The notes under the pieces: generated by a model
What the model was told of the DNA's origin: nothing
The model's input: the letters and a program-made list of their open reading frames with translations, nothing else
Databases searched by the model: none
Virus record (IMG/VR): IMGVR_UViG_3300024333_000007
Span: 4,430 to 68,429 of that record
DNA from: a virus
Reading direction: 5' to 3' (one strand)
DNA length: 64,000 bases
In this document: positions 9,892 through 19,528 of the stretch, piece after piece
Position numbering within the stretch: the first letter of the stretch is position 1
Layout of the letters: each line of letters begins with the position of its first letter
Made by a program: the position numbers and the translations under genes

Positions 9892-10359
9892 GTTGAAAAG
9901 CTATTAGAATCGAAGCTTGCTTTTGCATTTCCCCCAGGAATATTAAAATCAAATTCTGGATTAGCATATCTATACCTAAATACAGAACCATACAAAATAC
10001 CGTTACCAAAAGTTTCTTCATGTTTCCCCCTTAAAGTTTTATATATCTAATATACTATTATATTAGCCATTTAATATTTAAATAATAAAACGCCATTTAA
10101 TATTTAAATAATAAAACGCCATTTCATATTACCTCGTTAATTTGTTTCATTGTATAATGTGAACATGTTTCCAGACTATTTTTAATAACAACTATTGGAT
10201 TGAGAACACATTGACCAATTGATGAACAACTACAACATAATTTATTATCCCGAACTTCTTTCCAGTATTTACAGGTTTTACATATTGTCATATCTTTCTC
10301 CATTGTTTGTATAATAAAAATCCATATAATTATAGTCCCTATTTTCTTCGGTTGACCAA
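9892..10359 (-). repeat. Diverged direct duplicate of 5716-5811 plus 6367-6713, containing an internally deleted OMP pseudogene
   Basis: Near-identical sequence with about a dozen substitutions; about 555 bp of the OMP gene missing at junction 9987; 26-bp tandem duplication at 10066-10117. Confidence 0.9.
10124..10291 (-). CDS. 55-aa Cys-rich protein, copy 2
   Basis: MTICKTCKYWKEVRDNKLCCSCSS...; intact, 2 aa changes versus copy 1. Confidence 0.6.
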   Translation of the reverse strand: MTICKTCKYWKEVRDNKLCCSCSSIGQCVLNPIVVIKNSLETCSHYTMKQINEVI

Positions 10360-10478
10360 TGCGGATTATGTTCTTCTATGACTTGTTTAAAATACTTAAG
10401 ACCTTCTGGTTCAATAAGAGTTAAAGTTCCTTGATTACTATGTTCATATACCATGTTATATTAAATATTCTCTCAATT

Positions 10479-11213
10479 TCATTTTTTTACTTTAGGTCTA
10501 CCTCTTTTTTTAACAATCACCTCTTTAACGGGCATAACTACTTTTTTATTTTTGTCATGAACAACTAATTCTTCTGTTTTTTTAGCTTCTTCGATTTTCT
10601 CCTTTACTTCCAATAAAGATTTTCTTAAAATTGGGGAAAAATCATCTCTACCAGCAGTAAAACCATATACAGTTATATTGTTATTGTGCAACATATCAAG
10701 AAAATCTTTTATTTCTTCTTTACTTTTACCTATTTTATATATATCACCTAACGATCCACAAAATAAATCAATGTGATTTATTAGCCCAGATTCAATAATA
10801 TCCTTATATACTTCAAATTCACTACCTTCAACATTAATTTTAACAATATTAAAATCATCTTTTTGTGCGTAATCAAACCAAGAAGAAAATTTAATCACCG
10901 TTACATCTTCATATTTGTCCCCATCAACATTATGTTTAGATTGTTTGAGTGAATCACCACCAGAAATATTACAATGATAGAGTTTGTTTTTACCATCATA
11001 ATCAGAACATGCGGCATTTATAACTTCTGCTCTTGAACCAACCAAGACATCCAACAATTTTTCATAGTGTCTTTTACACGGTTCAAATGCATATGCTCTA
11101 TATTCCAAACCAAACTCTCTGAATATTTTTTCGGCCCTTATTAGCGTTACCCCATAATGAGCGCCTATATCATAATAATTAATCATTATTTCTCCTTTAT
11201 TATAACTCACCAT
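10479..11213 (-). CDS. FkbM-family methyltransferase
   Basis: YDIGAHYG, YAFEP, VKINVEGSEFEV. Confidence 0.88.
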   Translation of the reverse strand: MVSYNKGEIMINYYDIGAHYGVTLIRAEKIFREFGLEYRAYAFEPCKRHYEKLLDVLVGSRAEVINAACSDYDGKNKLYHCNISGGDSLKQSKHNVDGDKYEDVTVIKFSSWFDYAQKDDFNIVKINVEGSEFEVYKDIIESGLINHIDLFCGSLGDIYKIGKSKEEIKDFLDMLHNNNITVYGFTAGRDDFSPILRKSLLEVKEKIEEAKKTEELVVHDKNKKVVMPVKEVIVKKRGRPKVKK

Positions 11214-11276
11214 ATAAAAACATTAATCTTCTAATATCCACCATTCAGAATATACAACTTGTTGTTTACCATACGA

Positions 11277-12818
11277 CTACGGTATATTAACAACTGTATT
11301 TATAGTATGCACAATAGCCACATCTGCATCATAATTAGCCGTGGCAAAGTCAACAGAAGCCATATTGTTCACAAGAAAATCTGGACTAACAAAGGCTGCA
11401 TTATACAACGGCCCGGCGGCTATATACACCCCATAAGTATCAGTACCACCTGGCTTAAAAACATTCCCAAGATATGTATTAGCTCCTTGTGCAAGGTCGC
11501 TATCATAAGTCAGCAACATACCCAATTCTACTTCGTCAAAAACATTATTAACTATATAACATCCATAGGGTCTGTATATTTCAATCCCTGTTGCATAACC
11601 GACTACAACATTATTTTGCAAGACAAGCTGAGTTGCTTTACTGGTTCCACTATCAGACATACTGACCCATACACCGGCTGGCACAGTTGTTTGGTCAATC
11701 TTAGCATTAAAATAATTATTTGTTATTGGAGACTTAGTTGGCGGTGTATCAATAGTGTTGTCATACAAAATTGCTGTAGCATAAGGCCCAACAACTTCAT
11801 TACTGTCCACAAAATCAAAGATATTGTCTGCTGCCGGCCAAAGATTACCCCAACTCCACTGCACAAAAGCAGCCATTGGACTATCACTATGAACTTTGTT
11901 ATCTACAAGCCTATTATGACCTTGGTATGGATTGCTTCCTACATGACTATAAAAATATGCAAACAATGTATCAGGCGTCGAAACATGACCAATAGTCTCC
12001 ATGTTATTGTTCTCAAACGCTACATTAAAAGCGCGCCGCAAGTCGAATAGCACTTCTCCACCAGAAACAGATGCAATATTTTTCCAGCTATTACCAATAA
12101 ACTGAGTATTCACAAGTGTTCCATTAGAATTTGATGGGGCCACACCTCGAGCATGATTACGGATATTGTTATTTGCTACAACAAGACCGGGTAACGCTAT
12201 TTCACCAGCACTATTAATCCCATCAATCACAAAGGCTGTAGTAGTACCATCACCAACTATACTATTACCAACTACTACACTACCATGTCCACAATGTGTA
12301 TAGATTGCTACAGTCTTACAATAATTGCCAACAACTCTTGTATAATAACACTTAGCTGCATTTGCAGGTGTATTAATCTGAATAGAGCCACTTATGTGAT
12401 TATTGCTTAAAACAGTCTCGGCAGCTACTTCATCAAGTTGATTAGGTTCTATAATAACATTTCCATCAAAGTTGTTATTAACGATACTATTTCTAAAACC
12501 AGTCATAAAAACCATCGGAGCGCGACCGGAGCCTGTTACACGAGCGCCATTAACAGTACTATGATAAGTACCACCATGGGTAGAATAACCCAAACTTATT
12601 CCATCTATTCTACAATCTCTCACAACAACATCATTAATATCAATATTACTACCTTGACACACAGAAATACCTGCTGCCACAGTACAATTTTGCCCATAAG
12701 TAAGTGGGTCGTCGGGCATATTGTTATTTGCTTTATTCCCATCTATAACTAGACTGCGTATCTCTAAATCCTGAACTATAAACACTGTCTGTGTTCCATA
12801 CAGCCAAAAGCTACACAA
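11277..12818 (-). CDS. Tail spike / parallel beta-helix depolymerase-like domain (C-terminal part of a split gene)
   Basis: IDGNKANN, DGISLG, many xxxNNx beta-helix rungs; higher GC than flanks. Confidence 0.75.
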   Translation of the reverse strand: MCSFWLYGTQTVFIVQDLEIRSLVIDGNKANNNMPDDPLTYGQNCTVAAGISVCQGSNIDINDVVVRDCRIDGISLGYSTHGGTYHSTVNGARVTGSGRAPMVFMTGFRNSIVNNNFDGNVIIEPNQLDEVAAETVLSNNHISGSIQINTPANAAKCYYTRVVGNYCKTVAIYTHCGHGSVVVGNSIVGDGTTTAFVIDGINSAGEIALPGLVVANNNIRNHARGVAPSNSNGTLVNTQFIGNSWKNIASVSGGEVLFDLRRAFNVAFENNNMETIGHVSTPDTLFAYFYSHVGSNPYQGHNRLVDNKVHSDSPMAAFVQWSWGNLWPAADNIFDFVDSNEVVGPYATAILYDNTIDTPPTKSPITNNYFNAKIDQTTVPAGVWVSMSDSGTSKATQLVLQNNVVVGYATGIEIYRPYGCYIVNNVFDEVELGMLLTYDSDLAQGANTYLGNVFKPGGTDTYGVYIAAGPLYNAAFVSPDFLVNNMASVDFATANYDADVAIVHTINTVVNIP

Positions 12819-13186
12819 CCAGTCCCGGTGCAGGAAAAAATAGGATATAAACCGGCCTCTAACCGGTTAATGGTAAGTGTAACACCAGTAGCAATGGCAA
12901 TCGTAGCCCCTCTTTCAACACACAGAGTTATATTAGCCGGAACAGACAAATTAGCAGAGACATTCCACGTCCCACTTGGAACGCGCAGTATAACCGTTGA
13001 AGCGCCTATAGCAGTTATTGCTGCCTGCAAGGTCGTACCATAAAGTGGGTCGCCTACCCATACTTCCTTTCCTAATCTAGCATCAACTGAATTTAAACCA
13101 CTGTCGAAATATATCTTTTCTAGTGCTCCACTTGCACCCAATCCTGGTTTATATACAAATTCGTTATCTGTCCATGTTCCTTCCAT
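12776..13186 (-). CDS. Tail spike N-terminal (anchor) part, out of frame with 11277-12818
   Basis: GAGG RBS and ATG; LQAAITAIG...VPSGTW...VPANITL..ERGA typical of the start of a tailspike beta-helix; overlaps the downstream ORF in the -1 frame. Confidence 0.7.
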   Translation of the reverse strand: MEGTWTDNEFVYKPGLGASGALEKIYFDSGLNSVDARLGKEVWVGDPLYGTTLQAAITAIGASTVILRVPSGTWNVSANLSVPANITLCVERGATIAIATGVTLTINRLEAGLYPIFSCTGTGCVAFGCMEHRQCL

Positions 13187-13196
13187 TTAGTTCCTC

Positions 13197-14132
13197 TTAT
13201 TTCAATAATCCAACACCACGAAGTATATCTTGAAACATTTTTCTGTAATTTTCAGCTTGTATTTTCCAGGTCCATCCTTCTTCTATAGTTTTACGAGCAG
13301 CTTTACCCATTTCTATCAATTTGTCTCTATTGTTTTTTAAGTATAATAATTTTTCGGTATATAGGTCTACATCTCTTTTATCCAATAAAAATCCATTTAC
13401 ACCATCAACTATAAATTCAGGAGAATTACCAATCCTATTAGAAATTACTGGCCGAGCACATGCAGAACATTCTAAAAGCATATTTGGTGTTCCATCTGTA
13501 TTTGACGCTACTATACCAGCATCTAAATTATTGTAAAAGTCTGGCATCTGTTTATGTGGCGTACTATTTCTATAATTACTATAGTGTCCTTTATATTCAA
13601 CACCAGCCTTTCTACAAGCAGGTTCAATATAATTTTTCTGTCCTTTTGAATCGGAACCAGCCTGACAAGCCTTTCCAACATGTCCTACAACAAGATTATC
13701 TCTCTTTTCTGATATAGATTTTTTTTCATAAAATAATACCTCATCAACACCATTAGGAACATAAAACACTTCCTTAAATCCATATTCGTTTAATGTATTT
13801 CTAAGCATTATTGAGTTGGCATGAACCCATTTACATTTTTTAAGTTGTGGCACAACCATAGATTTCATAAACTTATCGTCTTTATGTGCTGTTACTCCAC
13901 TAACTCTACGCTCAAACGGCACTTTCATAATATTATTCACATAACTCCACCCATAAGTGGCCGCCAAATCATAATCATTGTATTTTATTGGCCCGTGATT
14001 ATGCAATAGAGCAACTATATCAAAATCAAACTCATCCGAAAGAAACCTTTTTAGATTTTGTGATTTTATCCACCAAGCCCAATTGTTGGTATCCGACAAC
14101 AATAATATACGTGGTTTTCTATCCCAACCCAT
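13197..14132 (-). CDS. Glycosyltransferase family 4 (GT-B)
   Basis: VPNGVD, DGTPNMLLECSACARPVIS, VDGVNGFL, WTW. Confidence 0.92.
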   Translation of the reverse strand: MGWDRKPRILLLSDTNNWAWWIKSQNLKRFLSDEFDFDIVALLHNHGPIKYNDYDLAATYGWSYVNNIMKVPFERRVSGVTAHKDDKFMKSMVVPQLKKCKWVHANSIMLRNTLNEYGFKEVFYVPNGVDEVLFYEKKSISEKRDNLVVGHVGKACQAGSDSKGQKNYIEPACRKAGVEYKGHYSNYRNSTPHKQMPDFYNNLDAGIVASNTDGTPNMLLECSACARPVISNRIGNSPEFIVDGVNGFLLDKRDVDLYTEKLLYLKNNRDKLIEMGKAARKTIEEGWTWKIQAENYRKMFQDILRGVGLLK

Positions 14133-14320
14133 TCACACCCCTATTTAATAAATTGGATTGGCAATAAGACTATAATTAATAACCTTATCGTGTTCTGCCT
14201 GTTCCAACTGATTCAGAATAGATAATAGTTTTCTATTAATTTTGTTCATGGTCATAATTATATCTTCGTTTATACTTTTCTCTAAATCTTTGTTTGTGTC
14301 AATATTTAAATCTCCATATT

Positions 14321-14599
14321 TCATAATGATGATACTAATGGATCACCAGTTATCATCGGTTGTGTAAAATGTTTTGGTTTAACCCATTTACAAATATCAT
14401 TTACATCACCGAGTCTTACTATTGGTAATCCATAAGCAAATACAGTAGTAGTAGTTGCTGTTGCAACACCACCATGGGAATCAAGACTTCCTAATACTGC
14501 TACAGGCAATTCATCTGAAAACACCAAAGAACACGGCGAGAATATTATAGTAGCGCCACAAAGTCTCATGTCGGTTACTCTAGCAATTGGTCTATACAT
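14321..14599 (-). CDS. PAAR-domain spike-tip protein (T4 gp5.4-like)
   Basis: PIARVTD, PVAVLGS..SHG, PIVRLGD repeats; start reassigned to ATG at 14599. Confidence 0.8.
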   Translation of the reverse strand: MYRPIARVTDMRLCGATIIFSPCSLVFSDELPVAVLGSLDSHGGVATATTTTVFAYGLPIVRLGDVNDICKWVKPKHFTQPMITGDPLVSSL

Positions 14600-15138
14600 C
14601 AAAAATACTCCGGATGGTCTGCCTGATATTGTGTCCAAGTTTTGGCCACACCAATTCTTGGTATATTGTCAAGCATTTTAGGTCTATTAGTTGATATATA
14701 GAAATCAACACCATATATCAAACCATCGCCATCTATATCTTGGTTAGTAAAATATTCCTGGGCCAATACAGATGCTGCCGGTGTAGATGTTGAGGCGACA
14801 TATTCCTGATAGGTATTTACTTCTATACCGCCGCGTATAGAAATTTCATCCATACCAGAACGATATATACCACCACTAGTAAAATAACTAAATGTTTGGT
14901 ACATGCCAGAATCCCAACCACTTACATCAACTTCTTTTTTATAAAAACCCGGTAAGGTTAAATAATTTTCTTCTTCAAAATTAGTATTTGGTTCCGAACC
15001 GCCACTTGCAACAAATGTCATTGTCCCCCAGTCTAACAATAGACCATCAGAATATCTTCTGATAACCAAAGAGGTACTATTAGACATACCAACTAGGGGT
15101 ATTTGATCATCATCAATTAGAAATAGTCTTATTTCCAT
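14599..15138 (-). CDS. Hypothetical, probably virion structural protein
   Basis: 179 aa, beta-rich, adjacent to PAAR. Confidence 0.55.
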   Translation of the reverse strand: MEIRLFLIDDDQIPLVGMSNSTSLVIRRYSDGLLLDWGTMTFVASGGSEPNTNFEEENYLTLPGFYKKEVDVSGWDSGMYQTFSYFTSGGIYRSGMDEISIRGGIEVNTYQEYVASTSTPAASVLAQEYFTNQDIDGDGLIYGVDFYISTNRPKMLDNIPRIGVAKTWTQYQADHPEYF

Positions 15139-15487
15139 CTTTAAAGTCTTCTTTGAGTTCTATTAAAATCTCTTGTTTTAAGGATTCTTTAAAATCTAAC
15201 ATGTATTTTTCGGGTTCGCCTATTTTACTATATAGTTCGTCCAACATTTCTTGTTGCATTTTTCTTATTTGTTTGCAATTTCTAGAATTAAGATGTATCT
15301 CTCTAGAATCAAATCTTATACTATCAGAAGATAGCATTGATACTTCACCATCTGTAGTTATCTCAAAATCACCAGGAATTTGTATGGTAATTGGTTTTTT
15401 AAATTGTATTACTATTTTATCATCATCTAATACTATGTATTCTAGTAGAATATTAAGTAGATTTCTTATTGTAGGTGTTTTAGACAA
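15113..15487 (-). CDS. Hypothetical protein with spike-like beta-repeat segment
   Basis: ITIQIPGDFEITTDGEVSMLSSDSIRFDSREIHLN resembles a gp5/VgrG C-terminal beta-helix. Confidence 0.45.
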   Translation of the reverse strand: MSKTPTIRNLLNILLEYIVLDDDKIVIQFKKPITIQIPGDFEITTDGEVSMLSSDSIRFDSREIHLNSRNCKQIRKMQQEMLDELYSKIGEPEKYMLDFKESLKQEILIELKEDFKDGNKTISN

Positions 15488-15539
15488 ATTTTGTTACCCT
15501 TAAATAAGTTATAAATTTCATATTAACATCAAAAAAAAT

Positions 15540-15803
15540 TTAATCTTCATTAGCACCTTTTACCTTTTCACCTCGTGCTCTAGCTTCTTTTACATCTCGC
15601 CAGTATTGAGATTCAGAATATCCTTGATCTCCCCATGATACCCGATGTATCTTGGGATTATAAACCAGTTTAAAATGTGAGCAATTACAAGCCTTTTCCA
15701 TTTTAGAAAAACACTTTTCACATATCATTCCCTCAGTCATCTTACATAATACATCTTCAACTTCATGTCCACATTTTGTACAATGAAAATCATAAATTGG
15801 CAT
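15540..15803 (-). CDS. FmdB-family zinc-ribbon protein
   Basis: MPIYDFHCTKCGH...CEKC. Confidence 0.85.
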   Translation of the reverse strand: MPIYDFHCTKCGHEVEDVLCKMTEGMICEKCFSKMEKACNCSHFKLVYNPKIHRVSWGDQGYSESQYWRDVKEARARGEKVKGANED

Positions 15804-16573
15804 TAAACTCTCTCTAACATATATTCTATCGAACTAAATAAATTATGTTCATTTGGTGTAGTAATACATATATTTTTAAAATTATATACACCATTATCTT
15901 TATACATGCTATAACCAACATTACCCCAAGATACTACTGGCACTTTGTGTAAATTACAAAAGTATGTCCAGGGGCCACATTGACATATAACAAATATAGC
16001 AGATTGTATAGTTTTAATGGCATCATAATGATTCCATTTATCATCAATTTCTATTAAATCATGTCCAACAAATCTATCTTTTATTTTTTTAACCACATTA
16101 AAATCAGTGTGGCCCCTGCTTATTAAAACTATATTATCTGTTTTTTCTATATTCATATTTATTTTTACAAACATTTTTTTATGTAGCGGCACAACGAAAT
16201 TGTCATATATTGTATATCGTATATTATAATGCAACACATCTTTATCTGATACTTTATTCCTTACAAATTTAATTAGCGACAAATACTCCTTAGATGATAC
16301 CAACTTGTTGACAATTCCACTATGGTTGCTTTCAACACTATAACAACCATCTACCGACACGAAATTTACCCCCGGCCAATCATAAAAAAAACTATGATTT
16401 TCGTGGGAAAACACATAAAAATAATCACATCTGTCTATAAGCACACGATAAAGCCACGCTACATGTGGATGAAAACTAAAAATTTCTTGTTCAAGCCCTC
16501 CTATGTATGGACCACAAATAACAGTCATCAGATTTGATAGTTTACATCCTTTATGATTACATTGCCGTTCCAA
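15803..16573 (-). CDS. Putative GT-B glycosyltransferase (GT9-like)
   Basis: GPYIGGL..E; AIKTIQSAIFVIC..GPWTYFCNLHKVPVVSW. Confidence 0.5.
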   Translation of the reverse strand: MERQCNHKGCKLSNLMTVICGPYIGGLEQEIFSFHPHVAWLYRVLIDRCDYFYVFSHENHSFFYDWPGVNFVSVDGCYSVESNHSGIVNKLVSSKEYLSLIKFVRNKVSDKDVLHYNIRYTIYDNFVVPLHKKMFVKINMNIEKTDNIVLISRGHTDFNVVKKIKDRFVGHDLIEIDDKWNHYDAIKTIQSAIFVICQCGPWTYFCNLHKVPVVSWGNVGYSMYKDNGVYNFKNICITTPNEHNLFSSIEYMLERV

Positions 16574-17019
16574 CCTTTTAGTTGGTTTGAATATGTATCA
16601 AGGTCATTTTCTTCTACCAGTATAACTTCACAATTTCTTAAAATATCACCCAAGTAATTATCCATCAAAAACCTTTTTTCTGTTTGAGTCATTCTAGTGA
16701 AATCAACTAGAATTTTGTTATTCCTTCTCACAAACGAGACAAAGTTACTACCATCTTCATTTTGAACGTAGTATTTTTTACCTACTTTCTTAAAAATAGA
16801 ATTATAAAATTTAACATTATTATCAATTATAAACCTATTTGTATTGGAATAGGTTCTTATAGCTTTGTTTATTTTATCGTTAGTAGGTTGTTTAAAGGAC
16901 AACTTAACAATATGCGCCCTTTCTTCATATTCGGGTTTCACACAAACATCCAAATTGTCATCATTTACTACTATAACATCCTTACCGGGAATAGTCATTC
17001 TCATTTTTACCCTCTCCAC
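16528..17019 (-). CDS. Hypothetical protein
   Basis: 163 aa ORF between primase and GT. Confidence 0.6.
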   Translation of the reverse strand: MERVKMRMTIPGKDVIVVNDDNLDVCVKPEYEERAHIVKLSFKQPTNDKINKAIRTYSNTNRFIIDNNVKFYNSIFKKVGKKYYVQNEDGSNFVSFVRRNNKILVDFTRMTQTEKRFLMDNYLGDILRNCEVILVEENDLDTYSNQLKGWNGNVIIKDVNYQI

Positions 17020-17990
17020 CTGTCTAATTTAATTTTAACTAAAGTTTCGCCATAGTCTATTGTATTATTTATAATAAAATCGTAGATATTTAACCTTAAA
17101 GTACATGCCAATTCATTAATGTCTTTACATTGTTTGTACTTTTCCGGCATGAGAAAATACCTCATTTTCCTGCCATGTTTACTACCTATAATTTTTTTAA
17201 TGGCCTTATATCCATCGGCATCATTATCCATTGCTATTACAAGATTAAATTTTTTACAATTTATTCTATCTATAAAATCATCATTGATTTCTTTACCAAA
17301 ACAACTCGTGGCTTGAGAACCAATAGAGTAACAATCAAGCAGCCCCTCTGTTATAATAATAGGCATTGACAAATCAAACTTGTCTATATTGGGAATTACA
17401 TATTCTTTGGGAAAATCTGGATTAAGATATTTTGGTTGCATATCGGCAAATATCCGCCTTCCCTGGAAATAGATAATATCACCATTGTTTGTTACTGGTA
17501 TAATGATCCTGTTTTTGAATTTATTTTTATATGCGATGTATAGTTTTATATTATCTGGTATGTGCCTACTCTTTCTAAATTCTGCCAATTTAGTAAGATA
17601 TGCTATGGCAACTATGCTGATATCCTTTGGCGACACACAATCTAGCAAGATTTCGTTGAATGTTTGTATTTTTGGTAAGACTGTGGATGATTTCGGTTTA
17701 TTATTAGACTTGAAAACAATATTATCAAATGACTCACATTCTTTATATGCCACCTTTATATCAACTTTCTTGATTATAGAGTATAGTTTATAAAAATTAC
17801 CACTTTCGCCACAATTAAAACAATGAAATACAGATTCTTTATCATTATATTTGAGATTAAACCGGCGTTTACGAGAAGATTTTTGTGAATCTCCACATAG
17901 TAAACATCGGCAATTTATTTGGTTTTTTTTTACTACTACATTATCAAAGTTATCTTGAATAAATTTTAACACAAATTCGTAAGTCGGCAT
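17007..17990 (-). CDS. DNA primase (T4 gp61-like)
   Basis: NCRCLLCGDS...FHCFNCG zinc finger, RIIIP, FQGR, KYLN, TOPRIM ITEGLLD and MDNDADG. Confidence 0.93.
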   Translation of the reverse strand: MPTYEFVLKFIQDNFDNVVVKKNQINCRCLLCGDSQKSSRKRRFNLKYNDKESVFHCFNCGESGNFYKLYSIIKKVDIKVAYKECESFDNIVFKSNNKPKSSTVLPKIQTFNEILLDCVSPKDISIVAIAYLTKLAEFRKSRHIPDNIKLYIAYKNKFKNRIIIPVTNNGDIIYFQGRRIFADMQPKYLNPDFPKEYVIPNIDKFDLSMPIIITEGLLDCYSIGSQATSCFGKEINDDFIDRINCKKFNLVIAMDNDADGYKAIKKIIGSKHGRKMRYFLMPEKYKQCKDINELACTLRLNIYDFIINNTIDYGETLVKIKLDRWRG

Positions 17991-17997
17991 ATCATAC

Positions 17998-18252
17998 TCA
18001 CACGTTCATTGCTATACTACCATCTTGTTTTGCTATAATCATGTCTCTCAAAGACATCAAATCGATTGATTGTTGACTCCCCTCAAACCATTTGCCAAAC
18101 TCACCACATTTCGTCATGTCATTTCTCGTGGATTCACAAGTTGATACTAGTTCACCAGTAACCAAATTTTTCATCCCACTATATTCATATGAACACATAT
18201 ATACAGAACCAACTCTTCGGCAATACTTACAACTTATACAAAATCTTCCCAT
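17998..18252 (-). CDS. Small Cys-rich phage protein
   Basis: CISCKYC...NLVTGE..C...CG..GKWFE. Confidence 0.6.
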   Translation of the reverse strand: MGRFCISCKYCRRVGSVYMCSYEYSGMKNLVTGELVSTCESTRNDMTKCGEFGKWFEGSQQSIDLMSLRDMIIAKQDGSIAMNV

Positions 18253-18549
18253 TGTTATCCCCCATATCTTTAGATATAATTTAGTAATATTGTTTTATTG
18301 CAAAAAACAATATTACTATTAATAAATAATTCATTACCAATTTATTGCTTCCATATGTATCTCCTTCATACTTCTTTGCCAAACTTACAATAAATATGTT
18401 GATATTATTCATCATCTTCCCATTCGTTACACCCAAAATCTTCTGGTGTATATATCATTATATCAGATTGGCTATTCTTAAAAAAATGACCCAAAATACA
18501 ATAATATTTGCCCCCTTTTGTTCTACAGTTAAAACAATCGACACACAAT

Positions 18550-18852
18550 CTAATTATTGTCATGAATATATTTCTCTACTTCCGCCCAACATTCTTTGGG
18601 CAACAATTTCTTTATTTCCGTCGCATCACAATTAAGATAGTCCATTATGACCAAAATGGCATTTTTGGGATTACCAAATTGTTTCTTACAATGATCGTAC
18701 ATTTTTTTCATTCCACGTCTAATTTCCATAGCAACGTATTGTTTACTTACACCCAAAATTTTCGCTATTTCAACGTCTCCCATCGCCTCATTTAGATATT
18801 TAATAGCGTCAAATTCCTGTCCTACCCGAATTAATTCTTCTTTAAGTTTCAT
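18550..18852 (-). CDS. HTH DNA-binding protein (sigma region-4-like)
   Basis: MGDVEIAKILGVSKQYVAMEIRRGMKKM; start reassigned to ATG 18852. Confidence 0.7.
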   Translation of the reverse strand: MKLKEELIRVGQEFDAIKYLNEAMGDVEIAKILGVSKQYVAMEIRRGMKKMYDHCKKQFGNPKNAILVIMDYLNCDATEIKKLLPKECWAEVEKYIHDNN

Positions 18853-18991
18853 TATATTCCCATATATGTGATATACTACATTCGTCACATCCAACCTGAC
18901 ATTCCCCACATTCCCCACATTCCTTGTCTATGTGGACTTCTTCTTTTTCTTGTTCTTGTTTATCAAGATAATCTAAAATATTCTCAAACAT
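18842..18991 (-). CDS. 49-aa acidic Cys-rich microprotein
   Basis: Manual ORF with AGGAG RBS: MFENILDYLDKQEQEKEEVHIDKECGECGECQVGCDECSISHIWEYNET. Confidence 0.6.
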   Translation of the reverse strand: MFENILDYLDKQEQEKEEVHIDKECGECGECQVGCDECSISHIWEYNET

Positions 18992-19528
18992 CGTTTACTC
19001 CTTATAATCTTTCTATTATTTATCTAAATAAAATATCAATGGTTAATAAACTATTTTTGAACATTGTCCCTGATACAAACGGCATTTCACAAATAATCCC
19101 TTTATTTCTATCAACTTGTTTAGACCATCCACAATCTGTCACTTTAGGATACTCTTTCCTTTCCAATCAAAGGGCGACATACTCAGTAATTCTTGCCATT
19201 TCTTCTTATCACACAGTAGATATACATATTTAAATTAATAGCCAAAATATTTAGTAATGCATAAAATAAATAATGAAATCTATAGCAATATTTTTAGGTA
19301 TATGGATTATAATCATCTAATAACAATTTGGATAATCCAAATAGTATTATAAGTATCAATACTATAGGAAATATCGTTATACATAAAAATGTTATTATTA
19401 CAGATTCTTTAATTTTGTCCATTATATTCTATCTTATCTCCACAAAAAGGACAGAAGTTTACCTTATCATAAAGACATTCGGGATTTTAACTTCTTCAGC
19501 TTCATACCAAATCTTCATAGCATTATTC

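Noticed and set aside
9892-10359. DGR template/variable repeat pair with 5716-6713
   Set aside because: Mismatches are mixed (T/C, C/T, G/A, A/G, A/C, T/G), not adenine-specific, and no reverse transcriptase is in the window
11259-12050. 263-aa plus-strand ORF and the many other antisense ORFs in the track
   Set aside because: Shadow frames opposite well-supported genes, with no motifs
19021-19199. In-frame TGA read-through ORF (MARITEYVAL*LERKEY...)
   Set aside because: Single short case with no recognisable homology or SECIS; chance or a decayed gene is more likely
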